The notes: generated from the letters alone by a model not told the origin. DNA of 64,000 bases from an uncultured bacterium (GCA_965660855.1 CBFIBM010000006.1:1-64000); one strand, 5' to 3'; shown: positions 1 to 10,693, counted from the first letter of the stretch. Numbers and translations are program-made.

Positions 1-2312
1 TGCTTGAGGGTATTGAGGTGACTAAAGCCGGTACTCCCGATCAGGATGCAGACGTGTTAGGTGGTACTGTAAACTTTGAGTTAAAAAAAGCAAAACCTGG
101 ACTCCATGGAAATATTATCATGCAAGGAATGCATAACGGTCTCAAGAATACTTATGATGATAATAAGTTGGTTGTAGATGTAAGTCGCAGATTTTGGAAT
201 AATCGAATTGGAGTCCTAGCTCAAATTGATAATGAAAACCGAAATAGAAGTTCTAATGAAATAAGTACGGGATACAAAGTCAATGCAGCAACCATTGATA
301 CCACAACCCCTATTGTATTAGAAAGTTTAAATCTGAATGATTGGATCCGTCTCAATGATAGAGAAAACAGATTGCAAGTTTTTGATATTAATATTCCAAA
401 TGGAAATATTAGTTATAGCAATTTAAATAGCTACATCGATAAAGATATTACTCGATATACAATAAGCTATGCCCTTCCTCTTAATTCGCGGCAAATGAAT
501 ACGGTACTAGGTGTTAACTCTATTAAAGTCTTGACAGAATCCTGGAAATATGAGCAAACATTTCGATCTGATTTTTATGTTGATGCCTTTTATTCTTTTT
601 CCCAATCAAAAAATGATGAAGAATTCTATGATTTTAATTTCAATGAACTTTTTGCCTATGATACATCCACCTATGATCAAAGTATTGAAGTCGTTCAACA
701 AATTGCAAAAAATAATTTATCTAATATGTATTTAGGAACATATGATTATAATATTAACAAAAGTAATGAAAAAGAAATATCTCAAGGCTTTAATTTTAAG
801 TATGACTTTCGTCTTACAAACTTTATATCCGGAAGTTTAAAGTATGGAAGAAAAAATAGAATTAAAAATAGAACCTTTGATCGCCATCATGAATTTCTTA
901 TGAGTTCAGAGGGATATGGAAAAGATGAACTGATAGCTTTACTCGATATTGGTCATTTAGATTCGGATCCACGAAAGGTTCCATTCCTTGGATTAATAGA
1001 TTTAGATTATAATAATGAAACGTTTTTTGATGGTCGTTATTCCTTTGGTGCTGTTGCCGATTTAGATATAATAATGGAAGTATACAAACATTATTCAAAT
1101 GATTGGGATAGAGCTGCAGTTCAAGCACGATACGGTTCAGAAGGAATTACAGCTGATACTGAAGTGGTGCATCATTTACACCAAACAAATTCTATCATAT
1201 ATGATTATGCTGGTGAAGAAGAATATAATGCATCCTATTTCATGGCCGATATAAATTTTGGTTCAAATTTTAACATGCTTGCGGGGGGTAGAGTAGAAAA
1301 AAATGAAACTACGTACTTTTCCAATAGCTCTTTAGATCATGCTCTCCCTCATTGGGTTTATGTTGGAGAATCTGAATCTCATACTCGGAATAATTCATAT
1401 TTCTTACCTGCATTATTTTTAAACTATAAACCAGAGCCCTGGGTTAGTATCCGGTATGCACAGACTAATACTCTCACCCGTCCAGATTATACCAGTATCA
1501 TTCCTCTAACTCGAGCCAATGGTCAGGGTAGAACTCTAGATTGGAGAAATAAATTCTTAGAACCTGGCCTATCTCGAAACATTGATTTGTCTGTATCTTT
1601 TAATGAAGATAAGCTTGGGTTAGTCACCATGACCTACTTTAAAAAAAATATTAGGAGTTTAATCTATGAAAGTGGATCGCGAATCGTATTTGCGAGAGAT
1701 ACCATGGGTTTTGATTTGCCTAGTATGTATGAAGATTTTAGAATCCTTAATTATAGTATGAATAATCCCAATGATTTAAAACTGGATGGATTAGAATTGG
1801 ATTATCAAACACGCTTTTGGTATTTACCTGGTCCATTTAATGGACTAGTATTTAATGCTAATTATACACGAACGAAATCTAAAGTACCCTATCCATTGAC
1901 GTTCATTGAGCAGGAAATTATATGGAGCCCTTTTCAAATTGTAAAACACAATAGAGACACGACTTACACGGACAGATTACTTGATCAACCTAATGAAATT
2001 ATTAATTTATCACTGGGATATGATTATAAGGGGTTCTCTGGAAGATTATCCATGCTATATAATGATGATGTTTTCTCAAGCACAAATTTTTGGAAGGAAC
2101 TAAGGCAAACAACAGACAGCTATCGTAGATGGGACCTCTCTATAAAACAAAAACTACCCGTTGATGGCCTGGAACTATTCTTGAATGCGAGCAACTTAAC
2201 AAATACAAATGATGTGAATCGTTACAGAGGTGTTTCCTCCAGCGGGGACAACTTAAGTTCCGAGCAATATTACGGTAGAACCATTGATTTAGGGTTTAGA
2301 TATAACTTTTAG
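1..2312 (+). CDS. TonB-dependent receptor, 5'-truncated by the window edge
   Basis: Frame is open from base 3 (LEGIEVTK...GGTVN, end of plug domain); beta-barrel-like remainder; C-terminal YYGRTIDLGFRYNF ends in an aromatic residue. Confidence 0.9.
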   Translation, partial: LEGIEVTKAGTPDQDADVLGGTVNFELKKAKPGLHGNIIMQGMHNGLKNTYDDNKLVVDVSRRFWNNRIGVLAQIDNENRNRSSNEISTGYKVNAATIDTTTPIVLESLNLNDWIRLNDRENRLQVFDINIPNGNISYSNLNSYIDKDITRYTISYALPLNSRQMNTVLGVNSIKVLTESWKYEQTFRSDFYVDAFYSFSQSKNDEEFYDFNFNELFAYDTSTYDQSIEVVQQIAKNNLSNMYLGTYDYNINKSNEKEISQGFNFKYDFRLTNFISGSLKYGRKNRIKNRTFDRHHEFLMSSEGYGKDELIALLDIGHLDSDPRKVPFLGLIDLDYNNETFFDGRYSFGAVADLDIIMEVYKHYSNDWDRAAVQARYGSEGITADTEVVHHLHQTNSIIYDYAGEEEYNASYFMADINFGSNFNMLAGGRVEKNETTYFSNSSLDHALPHWVYVGESESHTRNNSYFLPALFLNYKPEPWVSIRYAQTNTLTRPDYTSIIPLTRANGQGRTLDWRNKFLEPGLSRNIDLSVSFNEDKLGLVTMTYFKKNIRSLIYESGSRIVFARDTMGFDLPSMYEDFRILNYSMNNPNDLKLDGLELDYQTRFWYLPGPFNGLVFNANYTRTKSKVPYPLTFIEQEIIWSPFQIVKHNRDTTYTDRLLDQPNEIINLSLGYDYKGFSGRLSMLYNDDVFSSTNFWKELRQTTDSYRRWDLSIKQKLPVDGLELFLNASNLTNTNDVNRYRGVSSSGDNLSSEQYYGRTIDLGFRYNF

Positions 2313-2375
2313 AAAATTTGGTAATTCCTTTATTAATTTTTAAGTAATTTTTTTTTACAATAGAAAGGAAATTAT

Positions 2376-2720
2376 ATGGACTTACTAAATACTTGGATTG
2401 AAAAAATTAGAACAAGTGATCCAAATCAAGTTGCAGAATTATATCATAAAAATGCTCTATTATTAGGAACATTTTCAGATATAGAACGTCACGGTCATGA
2501 TTTAATATTAGAGTATTTTGAAAGTTTACTTCAAACCAAAGTTGATGTTGAAATAATCACCGAACACCAATATGAAGCTAATTCATTAATTACAAATTCA
2601 GGACTTTATAATTTTATTCTAAATGATAAAACTATAAAAGCTAGATTTTCATTTGTTTTTAAAAATTCAGGAGGTAATTGGAAAATTTTATCTCATCATT
2701 CATCAGTATTACCTGAATAA
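2376..2720 (+). CDS. SnoaL/NTF2-like (CaMKII-association / SgcJ-EcaC family) protein, candidate iota-class carbonic anhydrase
   Basis: 114 aa; ARFSFVF...WKILSHHSSVLPE C-terminal motif; AAAGGA RBS upstream. Confidence 0.7.
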   Translation: MDLLNTWIEKIRTSDPNQVAELYHKNALLLGTFSDIERHGHDLILEYFESLLQTKVDVEIITEHQYEANSLITNSGLYNFILNDKTIKARFSFVFKNSGGNWKILSHHSSVLPE

Positions 2721-2891
2721 TATTCTTGAAAATAATTATACTCGTAGCTCTACTGTCTCCCTTTGGATGCAAAAAAGAAAAAGACATATTATCATCTGAA
2801 ATTTGCGTAGATGATTCACTAATTTCTGAAAATGATTGCTATGAGAATGACTAAATTTATTTTAAACCCAAAGGTTTATTAACATAATAAC

Positions 2892-5162
2892 ATGAAATTT
2901 ATTGATGAGATCAAGAAAAGTAGTGCTTTTAGGTTAACAGCTAGTTACCTAGGAATCTGCTTTGTATTATTGCAGATACTAGATCCACTTGCAGAAAGAG
3001 ACATAATAAATAATGATTTATTCACATTTATCGTTTATTTATCTATTACAGGGACAATCTTACCTTTGTTTTTTGGAATTTTCCGTGATTGGTCTTACGT
3101 AAAAACATTAGGAGACAGAACATATATAAATGGGAAAATTTTCCTCTCTTTCTCAATATTATTTATTATATTTTATCTTTCTATAAAAAATATTGAATTA
3201 AAACGATCTTCAAAAAATCTAATATCCTTAGAGAGTAGCCTAGAAGAAATTATTGAAAAATGGGAAGCAAAAGAGAATCTCTTTGTTTTTCATAAAACAA
3301 GTGAACTGTTATTAGATTTTCCAGAAAATAAATTGTTGCAGCTCTATTTTGATAAAGTAACGTACCCCACATACATTACAACACAGCCTGACTCTGTACC
3401 AGTTTATGTTAGATATGGGGATCAGAATCATTGGATTGAATTAGAAAATAGTCCAATAGATACTTTACATGTTCCATGGGCGTATGGTGGAAAAGCTTTC
3501 CAGCTAAAATTTAAATTAAAAGATCGATTTATTTTTTCGACCTACGATCGAAGTGGGAAATTTAATTTTGAAAGTATTGAAGAATATCCATTAGATCATG
3601 CTATAATTCCAGGGTTTGAAGATAATATGATGACCTTACCAGGAATAAATTTTGATAATGTTTCATTGGAAACATTCTCTATTTCAAAGACAGAGGTCAC
3701 TAATGAAGAGTTTCAAAAATTCGTAAATGATGGAGGATATAAAGATTCAACCTATTGGGACTTTCCCATAATTATTGATGGGATTAATTACACCTTTAAT
3801 AATAGTATCGAAAAATTCATTGATAAGCATGGCCAATCCGGTCCAAAAAATTGGTCATACGGTCGTTTTAGTAATGATATAAAGAATCAACCAGTAACTG
3901 GTGTTTCATGGTTTGAAGCAAGGGCCTATGCAAAATATAAGAATCTTAAATTACCAAATATTTTTCAATGGTTAACTGCTGCAGGTTTATCTGGTTTTGT
4001 TTCTGACTTACCTGATATTTCTAAAAGTAATTTAGAATCTACCTATTTATGGGATGCAAATGATTCAAGATGCTTAAATATTTTTGAAATAAAAAATATT
4101 GCAGGGAATGTAAGAGAATGGACAACCAATCCCAATGGAAAATCTAATGATAAGTATTCTATTCTTGGAGGTTCATATTTTGATAATTCTTATAGTTTCA
4201 ACGATTATTATAGCCTCTCCCCTTTTGATCGAGGTGTTGGAAACGGTTTTAGAGTTGTAAAATCTTCATCCTTAGATAATTCTGACTTAGCAGACAACAT
4301 GGTAATCAATTTCAATAACAGAGATGTTTTATTAGATGATGATGTTAGCGATGATGTATTTTCTATTTATAAGAATCAATTTAATTATGAGCCTTATGAT
4401 TTAGATACCAAGATTGATACCACATATAAAAATACCAATTATATTACATATAGGTTCCAACTAACTCCAGCATATAAAAGCGATGAAGAGTTACATGGTT
4501 ATGTTATTTATTCAAAACAATCAAAGCTACCACTTAAACCGATAATCCAATTCCCAACTGCTGGAGCCATATTTAGTGAAACTGATGAAGGAATAATAGA
4601 TAATGCAATTCAAGAATATAATTACTTATTAGTAGAAGGGTATGCAGTTATTTGTCCTGTTTACTTTAGCACATATAATAGGAAAAAAACTATTAAAACA
4701 TGGTGGGCAAATGAATCTGAAGAATATAAAAATACAATTATTCATATCGGTAAGGATTATAAAAGAAGCATTGATTTTATTTTTTCAAAAACAGAGTTTG
4801 ATGTAAAAAATTTATCTTATATGGGATATAGTTGGGGGTCAATAATGTCAAATATTATGTTGGCAATAGATGAAAGAGTCCAGTTTGCTTTTATCTGTGC
4901 AGGAGGATTGCAAGTGCAAAAAAGTAAGCAAGAAATTGACCCCGCAATATTTACTAGGAGGATAACAATCCCAGTAATGAGTATCACAGGAAAGAATGAC
5001 GGAATATTTGATTACGAGAATTCACAAATTCCAATGCAAAAATTATTGGGAACCCCAATTGAAGATCAAGAAATCATTGTCCTTGATAATATTGGACATA
5101 AAATCCCAAGAGATTTTATGATTCAAAATCATTTGAAATGGTTAGAGAAGTACATAGAATAA
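2892..5162 (+). CDS. Membrane-anchored FGE/SUMF1-like domain fused to a C-terminal alpha/beta hydrolase
   Basis: N-terminal hydrophobic segments; EVTN..F..FV, PVTGVSWFEARAYA, AGNVREW and GFRVV motifs; GYSWG nucleophile elbow with later Asp (KND) and His (GH). Confidence 0.8.
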   Translation: MKFIDEIKKSSAFRLTASYLGICFVLLQILDPLAERDIINNDLFTFIVYLSITGTILPLFFGIFRDWSYVKTLGDRTYINGKIFLSFSILFIIFYLSIKNIELKRSSKNLISLESSLEEIIEKWEAKENLFVFHKTSELLLDFPENKLLQLYFDKVTYPTYITTQPDSVPVYVRYGDQNHWIELENSPIDTLHVPWAYGGKAFQLKFKLKDRFIFSTYDRSGKFNFESIEEYPLDHAIIPGFEDNMMTLPGINFDNVSLETFSISKTEVTNEEFQKFVNDGGYKDSTYWDFPIIIDGINYTFNNSIEKFIDKHGQSGPKNWSYGRFSNDIKNQPVTGVSWFEARAYAKYKNLKLPNIFQWLTAAGLSGFVSDLPDISKSNLESTYLWDANDSRCLNIFEIKNIAGNVREWTTNPNGKSNDKYSILGGSYFDNSYSFNDYYSLSPFDRGVGNGFRVVKSSSLDNSDLADNMVINFNNRDVLLDDDVSDDVFSIYKNQFNYEPYDLDTKIDTTYKNTNYITYRFQLTPAYKSDEELHGYVIYSKQSKLPLKPIIQFPTAGAIFSETDEGIIDNAIQEYNYLLVEGYAVICPVYFSTYNRKKTIKTWWANESEEYKNTIIHIGKDYKRSIDFIFSKTEFDVKNLSYMGYSWGSIMSNIMLAIDERVQFAFICAGGLQVQKSKQEIDPAIFTRRITIPVMSITGKNDGIFDYENSQIPMQKLLGTPIEDQEIIVLDNIGHKIPRDFMIQNHLKWLEKYIE

Positions 5163-5365
5163 TTCGATTATCTGTCAAATTTTATTTAATTTTTTCTAAT
5201 GCAAAATACTCTTCGTAAATATTTTGAAAATGTCCTTTCTAATCAGATTTTGAATGATGGTGGTGAATTAGAAAGTGAAATAAACTTAAAAGTCGAAGTA
5301 AAACAAACAATCCATATAGTTTATAAATTTTGTTTCATTTCTGCTTTTTATTTAAGTTAAATATC

Positions 5366-6829
5366 ATGTATAGATTTTTTCATATTTTAATTATATATTT
5401 TTTTTCAAGTAAATCATTTGCTAACACCTTAGATCTATCAGTTATTCGTGAAAGTAATATGACAATTATTTCTGTTGATTCTCAAATTCATATTGATTAC
5501 GGTTTGTCCTACCCACTTACGTATGAATTTAGCTTACCCGAAGGATCTGAAAATTTAAAAGCTTATCGAAAATTTCAAACTGAAGATAATTGGGAGTTAA
5601 TGGAAGAAAAAACAAATGATGATTTTTTCAATGGAATTGAAGTCATTAGGTTTGATTATGAATCAAATATTGCATTTTTATCTGTTGGTTTTTCTAGTAT
5701 TTCTGATTCAATATTCTTAAAAATAATGGATTTCGATGAAAATAATTTAGATATGGAATATTTAGGGACTAGTGAATATTACGACAACAGAAAAGCTGTT
5801 GTAACCATAACAGGAGATGATTGGGCAGATTATTGTAATTTAAAATTTGTTCAAGCGTGTACAAATTTTCGGAGTTTTAATCTTTGGTACTCCGTGGGTG
5901 TAATTAGTGGCCCTAGTTGGTTAAGTAATACCTCATGGAATGATATTCAAAATCAGATTGACCTTGGATTGGTTGATGTTGTAGCACATTCAAGAACTCA
6001 TCCTTATATTCCATATATAGACACTGAGGGTGAAGTATTAGGAAATAAACAGGATTTAATTGATAACTTAGATCTCTCAGGTCATAATTCATCTGGAGAA
6101 AATGAATACATTTATGCCTGGGTTGCACCATATGGAGAATACAATTCTGCTATTGATACAATGACTAGTATCGGAAAATATTTAATTTCAAGGTTATTTT
6201 ATTGGGGGGATAATAATTTTTCTGATTGGGATAATGAATTAAATAAATTTGATCCTGTTGGTGCATCCATAGAAGTTGGTTCCTCCAACTATTGGGGATC
6301 AACCGACATTAACGAATTAAATGAAACATTTGACAGTGTCATCGAATCAAATGGTATTTATCATTTAACGACACATCCTAATATTCTTGAATGGAATGAG
6401 GATTTCACATGGGATCATCTGGAATATATTAGTAATAAAAAAGATATTTGGTATGTTGGATTTGGGCACCTTTATCTTTACCGCTTCATGCAAAATGCAT
6501 ATTTTCCAGAACATAATTTAAAATATAGTGAACATAAAAATGTTTTTCCTGAAACATTTAAACTAATTCAAAACTATCCAAATCCATTCAATCCAACCAC
6601 TAATTTAAAGTATGATTTACCTAAAGATATATTTGTAGATATAACCGTTTATGATATGCTTGGAAATGTGGTAAATAATCTTGTTAACAAGAGTCAAAAT
6701 TCTGGCTCTCATTCAGTTCAATGGGATGCCACAAATAATCAAGGCGAATCAGTATCAGCAGGAGTCTACTTATACAAGATTCAGGCAGGCGAGTTTAGTC
6801 AAACAAAAAAGATGATTTTATTAAAGTAA
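5366..6829 (+). CDS. Secreted polysaccharide-deacetylase-like (NodB fold) protein with FlgD/T9SS-like CTD
   Basis: TITGDD and HSRTH motifs; C-terminal NYPNPFNP...YDMLG...WDAT...SAGVYLY...KMILLK. Start moved to ATG 5366, which gives a signal peptide (the track used TTG 5330). Confidence 0.7.
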   Translation: MYRFFHILIIYFFSSKSFANTLDLSVIRESNMTIISVDSQIHIDYGLSYPLTYEFSLPEGSENLKAYRKFQTEDNWELMEEKTNDDFFNGIEVIRFDYESNIAFLSVGFSSISDSIFLKIMDFDENNLDMEYLGTSEYYDNRKAVVTITGDDWADYCNLKFVQACTNFRSFNLWYSVGVISGPSWLSNTSWNDIQNQIDLGLVDVVAHSRTHPYIPYIDTEGEVLGNKQDLIDNLDLSGHNSSGENEYIYAWVAPYGEYNSAIDTMTSIGKYLISRLFYWGDNNFSDWDNELNKFDPVGASIEVGSSNYWGSTDINELNETFDSVIESNGIYHLTTHPNILEWNEDFTWDHLEYISNKKDIWYVGFGHLYLYRFMQNAYFPEHNLKYSEHKNVFPETFKLIQNYPNPFNPTTNLKYDLPKDIFVDITVYDMLGNVVNNLVNKSQNSGSHSVQWDATNNQGESVSAGVYLYKIQAGEFSQTKKMILLK

Positions 6830-6848
6830 TTATCAGTGATTCATTTAT

Positions 6849-7490
6849 CTATTTTAAAAGACCATTTAAATAAATTTTTAAATGATCAAAATATTCATCA
6901 TGAAATTCTGGTAGTATATAATCAGAATTAGATAATTCATGAGCTTTTTTTTGCATTTCATTAGGGTCTGATACACTTCGAACTCCTACAGCAAAATAAT
7001 ATTGTGCATTAAAAAATCTATAAACATCTTTATCAGATAATTTTGGAAGACAGTTTTTAATTACCCTTTGTAATGATTTCATATGCAATGATAAGTCAGC
7101 TTTAAATGCTGTAAGTGGTTCTAATTTTACATTCTCCTCAATAACAAATTTCAGAAGAATGAATAAATGAAATAATTCTTTATTTCTCTTTACTGATTTA
7201 CACCATAGTTTGATAAAATCATTTAATTTGATATTATTTGTATTGAGAGTTTCTTTTTCTAAGTATTTTACCCAAGAAACAAAATATTTAAGTATGATTT
7301 TTAAAAATATTTCTTCTTTACTGGATGCATATTGATAGATATTAGCTCTCGTGAATGATGTGTTTTTAGCTATATTAGTAAGAGATATTTTTGAATAAGG
7401 AATTTTATGAAATAACTCTATTGTAGAGTTAATTAACTCTTCCCACCTTTTTTCTCTATTTTGACTAGTTCTAGCTCTTTGAAATTCCAT
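6849..7490 (-). CDS. TetR/AcrR family transcriptional regulator
   Basis: N-terminal HTH (SLTNIAKNTSFTRANIYQYASSKEEIFL); divergent from an oxidoreductase gene. Confidence 0.9.
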   Translation of the reverse strand: MEFQRARTSQNREKRWEELINSTIELFHKIPYSKISLTNIAKNTSFTRANIYQYASSKEEIFLKIILKYFVSWVKYLEKETLNTNNIKLNDFIKLWCKSVKRNKELFHLFILLKFVIEENVKLEPLTAFKADLSLHMKSLQRVIKNCLPKLSDKDVYRFFNAQYYFAVGVRSVSDPNEMQKKAHELSNSDYILPEFHDEYFDHLKIYLNGLLK

Positions 7491-7554
7491 TATAACCTTG
7501 AATAGGCTAATATAATATACATTTTAATAATTCTAAAAGAAATACGTAGCTTAT

Positions 7555-7569
7555 TTAACACAATGTTAA
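7555..7569. promoter_or_regulatory. Candidate TetR operator TTAACA-N3-TGTTAA
   Basis: Perfect 6-bp inverted repeat in the divergent tetR/oxidoreductase intergenic region. Confidence 0.4.
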
Positions 7570-7636
7570 TAATTTTTTCAACGATATGGAATTATTTAAA
7601 TAAAATTAATCTATTACTATTAAAAAAAGGTTATAA

Positions 7637-8647
7637 ATGAAAAAAATTTTAGTCACGGGTGGAACATCTTACATTGGTAAACATTGTATAGCTCAATTAT
7701 TAGAAAAAAATTATGAAGTTAGGACAACAGTTAGAGATATAAAAAAATCAGATCTAATCAAATCTGATATAGAAAAACATCTTAAAAAAGATATAAAGCT
7801 CGATGTTTTTGAAGCTGACTTATTAGAAGATAAAGGTTGGAATGAGGCTATAAGTGGTTGTGATGCTATTATTCATATCGCCGGTCCTTTTCCAATTGGC
7901 TATGATGGATCAGAAAAAGATCTAACAGGCCCTCATGAAGATGGTGCAATGAGAGTATTTAAATTTGCTAAAGATAATGGAGTGAATAGAATAGTACTTA
8001 CCTCATCAATTGCTTCCGTTTGGATGGATTCAAATATTGATGATACAATAGAATATATTGATGAAAAAAGTTGGACAGATTTGTCTAATCATAGTGTTGA
8101 TGCATATTCTAAGGGGAAGACTTTAAAAGAAAAAGCTGCCTGGAATTTTGTTAAGAAGAATGAATCTATAAAGTTAACAACAATTCTTCCATCTGTTGTA
8201 TTGGGTCCAAGTATTGGTCATCCAGTTAGAAGAGGTTCCATGGAGTTTTTTTTGATGTTAATTAATAAAGAAATGCCTGTAGCACCACCCTTAAAAATGG
8301 GTATTGTTGATGTTCGAGATGTTGCGAAAATGCACATTGCCGCTCTAGAAAATGAAGAATCTATAGGAAAAAGAATAATAGTTACAGAAAATACCTATTG
8401 GGTAAAAGATGTCTGCAAAATGTTAAATGATTTGGGGCATAATGCACCAACCTTTTCCCCACCAGTTTTTCTAGTAAAATTTATGGCAAACTTTGATAAG
8501 ACAATTAAACCTATTAAATCATTATTGGGTATTGATTTAAGTTTTAATACAAACCCTGCAAGGTCTATTTTAAATTATGATCCCATACCAGTTAAACAAA
8601 CCATTAAGGATACAAGTGATTATATGAAATTATATGAGGTCAAATAA
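7637..8647 (+). CDS. NAD-dependent epimerase/dehydratase family (aldehyde reductase/DFR-like extended SDR)
   Basis: ILVTGGTSYIG Rossmann motif, TSS, YSKGK catalytic motif, VDVRDVA. Confidence 0.9.
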   Translation: MKKILVTGGTSYIGKHCIAQLLEKNYEVRTTVRDIKKSDLIKSDIEKHLKKDIKLDVFEADLLEDKGWNEAISGCDAIIHIAGPFPIGYDGSEKDLTGPHEDGAMRVFKFAKDNGVNRIVLTSSIASVWMDSNIDDTIEYIDEKSWTDLSNHSVDAYSKGKTLKEKAAWNFVKKNESIKLTTILPSVVLGPSIGHPVRRGSMEFFLMLINKEMPVAPPLKMGIVDVRDVAKMHIAALENEESIGKRIIVTENTYWVKDVCKMLNDLGHNAPTFSPPVFLVKFMANFDKTIKPIKSLLGIDLSFNTNPARSILNYDPIPVKQTIKDTSDYMKLYEVK

Positions 8648-8700
8648 ATATAATCTTTATATAAAGTAATTTTTTTAATCATGCTTAATTAGATTTAAGC

Positions 8701-9969
8701 ATGATTAAATATATTTTATCATTATGTTTTTTTAGTTTTTTAATTTCACAAAACTATCCTGATTATGAAATCACTATTTTAGGCAGTCCTTACCCTAATA
8801 ATCTATTTTTATATACCATGTCAGAAGATAAAAGGTTTATGTCTATTTTAGACTCTGAATTAAACCTCAAATGGCATGTTCATAGTAATAATATGGGCCT
8901 TGATTTCAAGGTAAATCAAAATTACCTCAGCTATTTTCATCGAATAGATATGTCTTGGATTATAATTAATCAGTCCATGAATGAAGTAGATACATTAAGT
9001 TGTGCAGGATCCTATAATGCAGACTACCATGATTTTCAAATACTAGCTAATGGAAATTATATTTTACAGGCTTATGATTCTAGATTTATAGATATGAGCT
9101 TAATTGTGAATGGTGGCCAATCTGTAGCTTGGATTACAGGCATTATGATTATTCAAGAATTTAATAGTGATAATGAATTAGTATTCGAATGGGATGCTTG
9201 GGATCATTTAGATATCCTAGATTATGATAATCTAGATTTAACTATGAGTACAATTGAATGGATGCATGTAAACAGTATTGAAATAGATAATGATCAAAAT
9301 ATTTTAATTTCAAATCGTGTTAGTAGCGAAGTGATAAAAATAAATAGAGAAAATGGTGAGGTTTTATGGCATCTAGGTGGTCCTTTAAATAATTTTACAA
9401 TTTTAAATGATTCAAAAAATGGATTTAATATGCAACATGATGTTAGAAGACTCGAAAATGGAAATATTACATTGTTTGATAATGGAGTAAACCATAATCC
9501 TCCAATTTCGAGGGCACTAGAATATGAACTTAATGAGACTACTAAAACTGCAAATTTAATTTGGGAATACATACATCCAGATAGTCTCTTAGGCTTAGCA
9601 ATGGGGAGTGTACAAAGATTGCCCAATGGGAATACGCTTATAAATTGGGGAACTATTAGTGACAGAGGTGCATTAATCACGGAAGTGACTTATTCCCTTG
9701 ATACTGTTTTTGAAATTCAATACCCAAATGAGCATAAAGTATATAAAGCGAGGAAAAGCGATTGGATGTTTTCAGTTAATCTAGAAAATGGAGATACTGA
9801 TTTAAATAATGTAGTCGATATATTTGATATCAATAAGATTATTGATCATACATACCAAGAAGAAATCACTCAAAGTCTGTATCATAAATATCGGTTTGAT
9901 TCTGATAAAAATGGTGAAATTAATCTTGAGGATGTGAATTATATCGTTGATTTATTGATGAATAATTAA
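8701..9969 (+). CDS. Secreted aryl-sulfate sulfotransferase (ASST)-like protein with C-terminal dockerin-like domain
   Basis: Signal peptide; HVNSI, ISNR, QHDVR, LFDNG and LPNGNTLI motifs; C-terminal GDTDLNNVVDIFD...DSDKNGEINLEDV pair of Ca-binding loops. Confidence 0.8.
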   Translation: MIKYILSLCFFSFLISQNYPDYEITILGSPYPNNLFLYTMSEDKRFMSILDSELNLKWHVHSNNMGLDFKVNQNYLSYFHRIDMSWIIINQSMNEVDTLSCAGSYNADYHDFQILANGNYILQAYDSRFIDMSLIVNGGQSVAWITGIMIIQEFNSDNELVFEWDAWDHLDILDYDNLDLTMSTIEWMHVNSIEIDNDQNILISNRVSSEVIKINRENGEVLWHLGGPLNNFTILNDSKNGFNMQHDVRRLENGNITLFDNGVNHNPPISRALEYELNETTKTANLIWEYIHPDSLLGLAMGSVQRLPNGNTLINWGTISDRGALITEVTYSLDTVFEIQYPNEHKVYKARKSDWMFSVNLENGDTDLNNVVDIFDINKIIDHTYQEEITQSLYHKYRFDSDKNGEINLEDVNYIVDLLMNN

Positions 9970-9985
9970 CTGTGTTACCGATTTT

Positions 9986-10174
9986 TTAATTAAGCCACCT
10001 TAAAATCATAGGTATTGGGTCAAATCTACCGGTTACAATTAGAAAAATAAAAATAATAAAAAAAATAATTACCACCGTTACAATCAAACATCCAATTGAA
10101 AAAATTTTAACAACCCTTCTTAACGAATAATCAAAAAAATCAATTAGCACTGATATCATATATTTTAAATTCAT
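9986..10174 (-). CDS. Small hypothetical membrane protein
   Basis: 62 aa with one long hydrophobic segment; co-oriented with its neighbours. Confidence 0.5.
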   Translation of the reverse strand: MNLKYMISVLIDFFDYSLRRVVKIFSIGCLIVTVVIIFFIIFIFLIVTGRFDPIPMILRWLN

Positions 10175-10201
10175 TTAAATAATTATTCGATATATTATTT
10201 T

Positions 10202-10675
10202 TTATGATATTAAAAACTTATGTGATATAGCATGAAATTTTGAAGCTGAATTAATTAGAGAAGTAGCTGTCAACTCTTTGACACCATATACCTCTACATA
10301 ACACTTATATTTCTCTTTTATTTTTCTCAAAAGTATATCAAAGTCACCATCTCCTGATAGAAGAATAATTTTTTCAACTTTTTCTGCCATTTCTAAAATA
10401 TCAATGGTTATACCAACATCCCAATCTCCTTTCGAAGAACCATCAGATCTTGAAATATAAGGCTTTAGTTTGACATTAAAGCCAATTGCTTCAAGTGCAT
10501 ATTGAAATTTCTGCTGTTTGTCATCACCTTTATCTATCGCATAAGCAAATGCTGCAATTATTTCATTCTTAGCTGAAATATGATTCCAAAAAAAGCGATA
10601 ATTAAATGGTTTTTTGAATGAGTCCCTAGTTGTATAATAGATATTTTGAACATCTACAAAAATGGCAGTTTTCAT
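10202..10675 (-). CDS. NYN domain (LabA/DUF88) PIN-like nuclease family protein
   Basis: IFVDVQNIY, KGDWDVGITID and LLSGDGDF motifs. Confidence 0.9.
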   Translation of the reverse strand: MKTAIFVDVQNIYYTTRDSFKKPFNYRFFWNHISAKNEIIAAFAYAIDKGDDKQQKFQYALEAIGFNVKLKPYISRSDGSSKGDWDVGITIDILEMAEKVEKIILLSGDGDFDILLRKIKEKYKCYVEVYGVKELTATSLINSASKFHAISHKFLIS

Positions 10676-10693
10676 TTTATTTAGTCTATGAAG

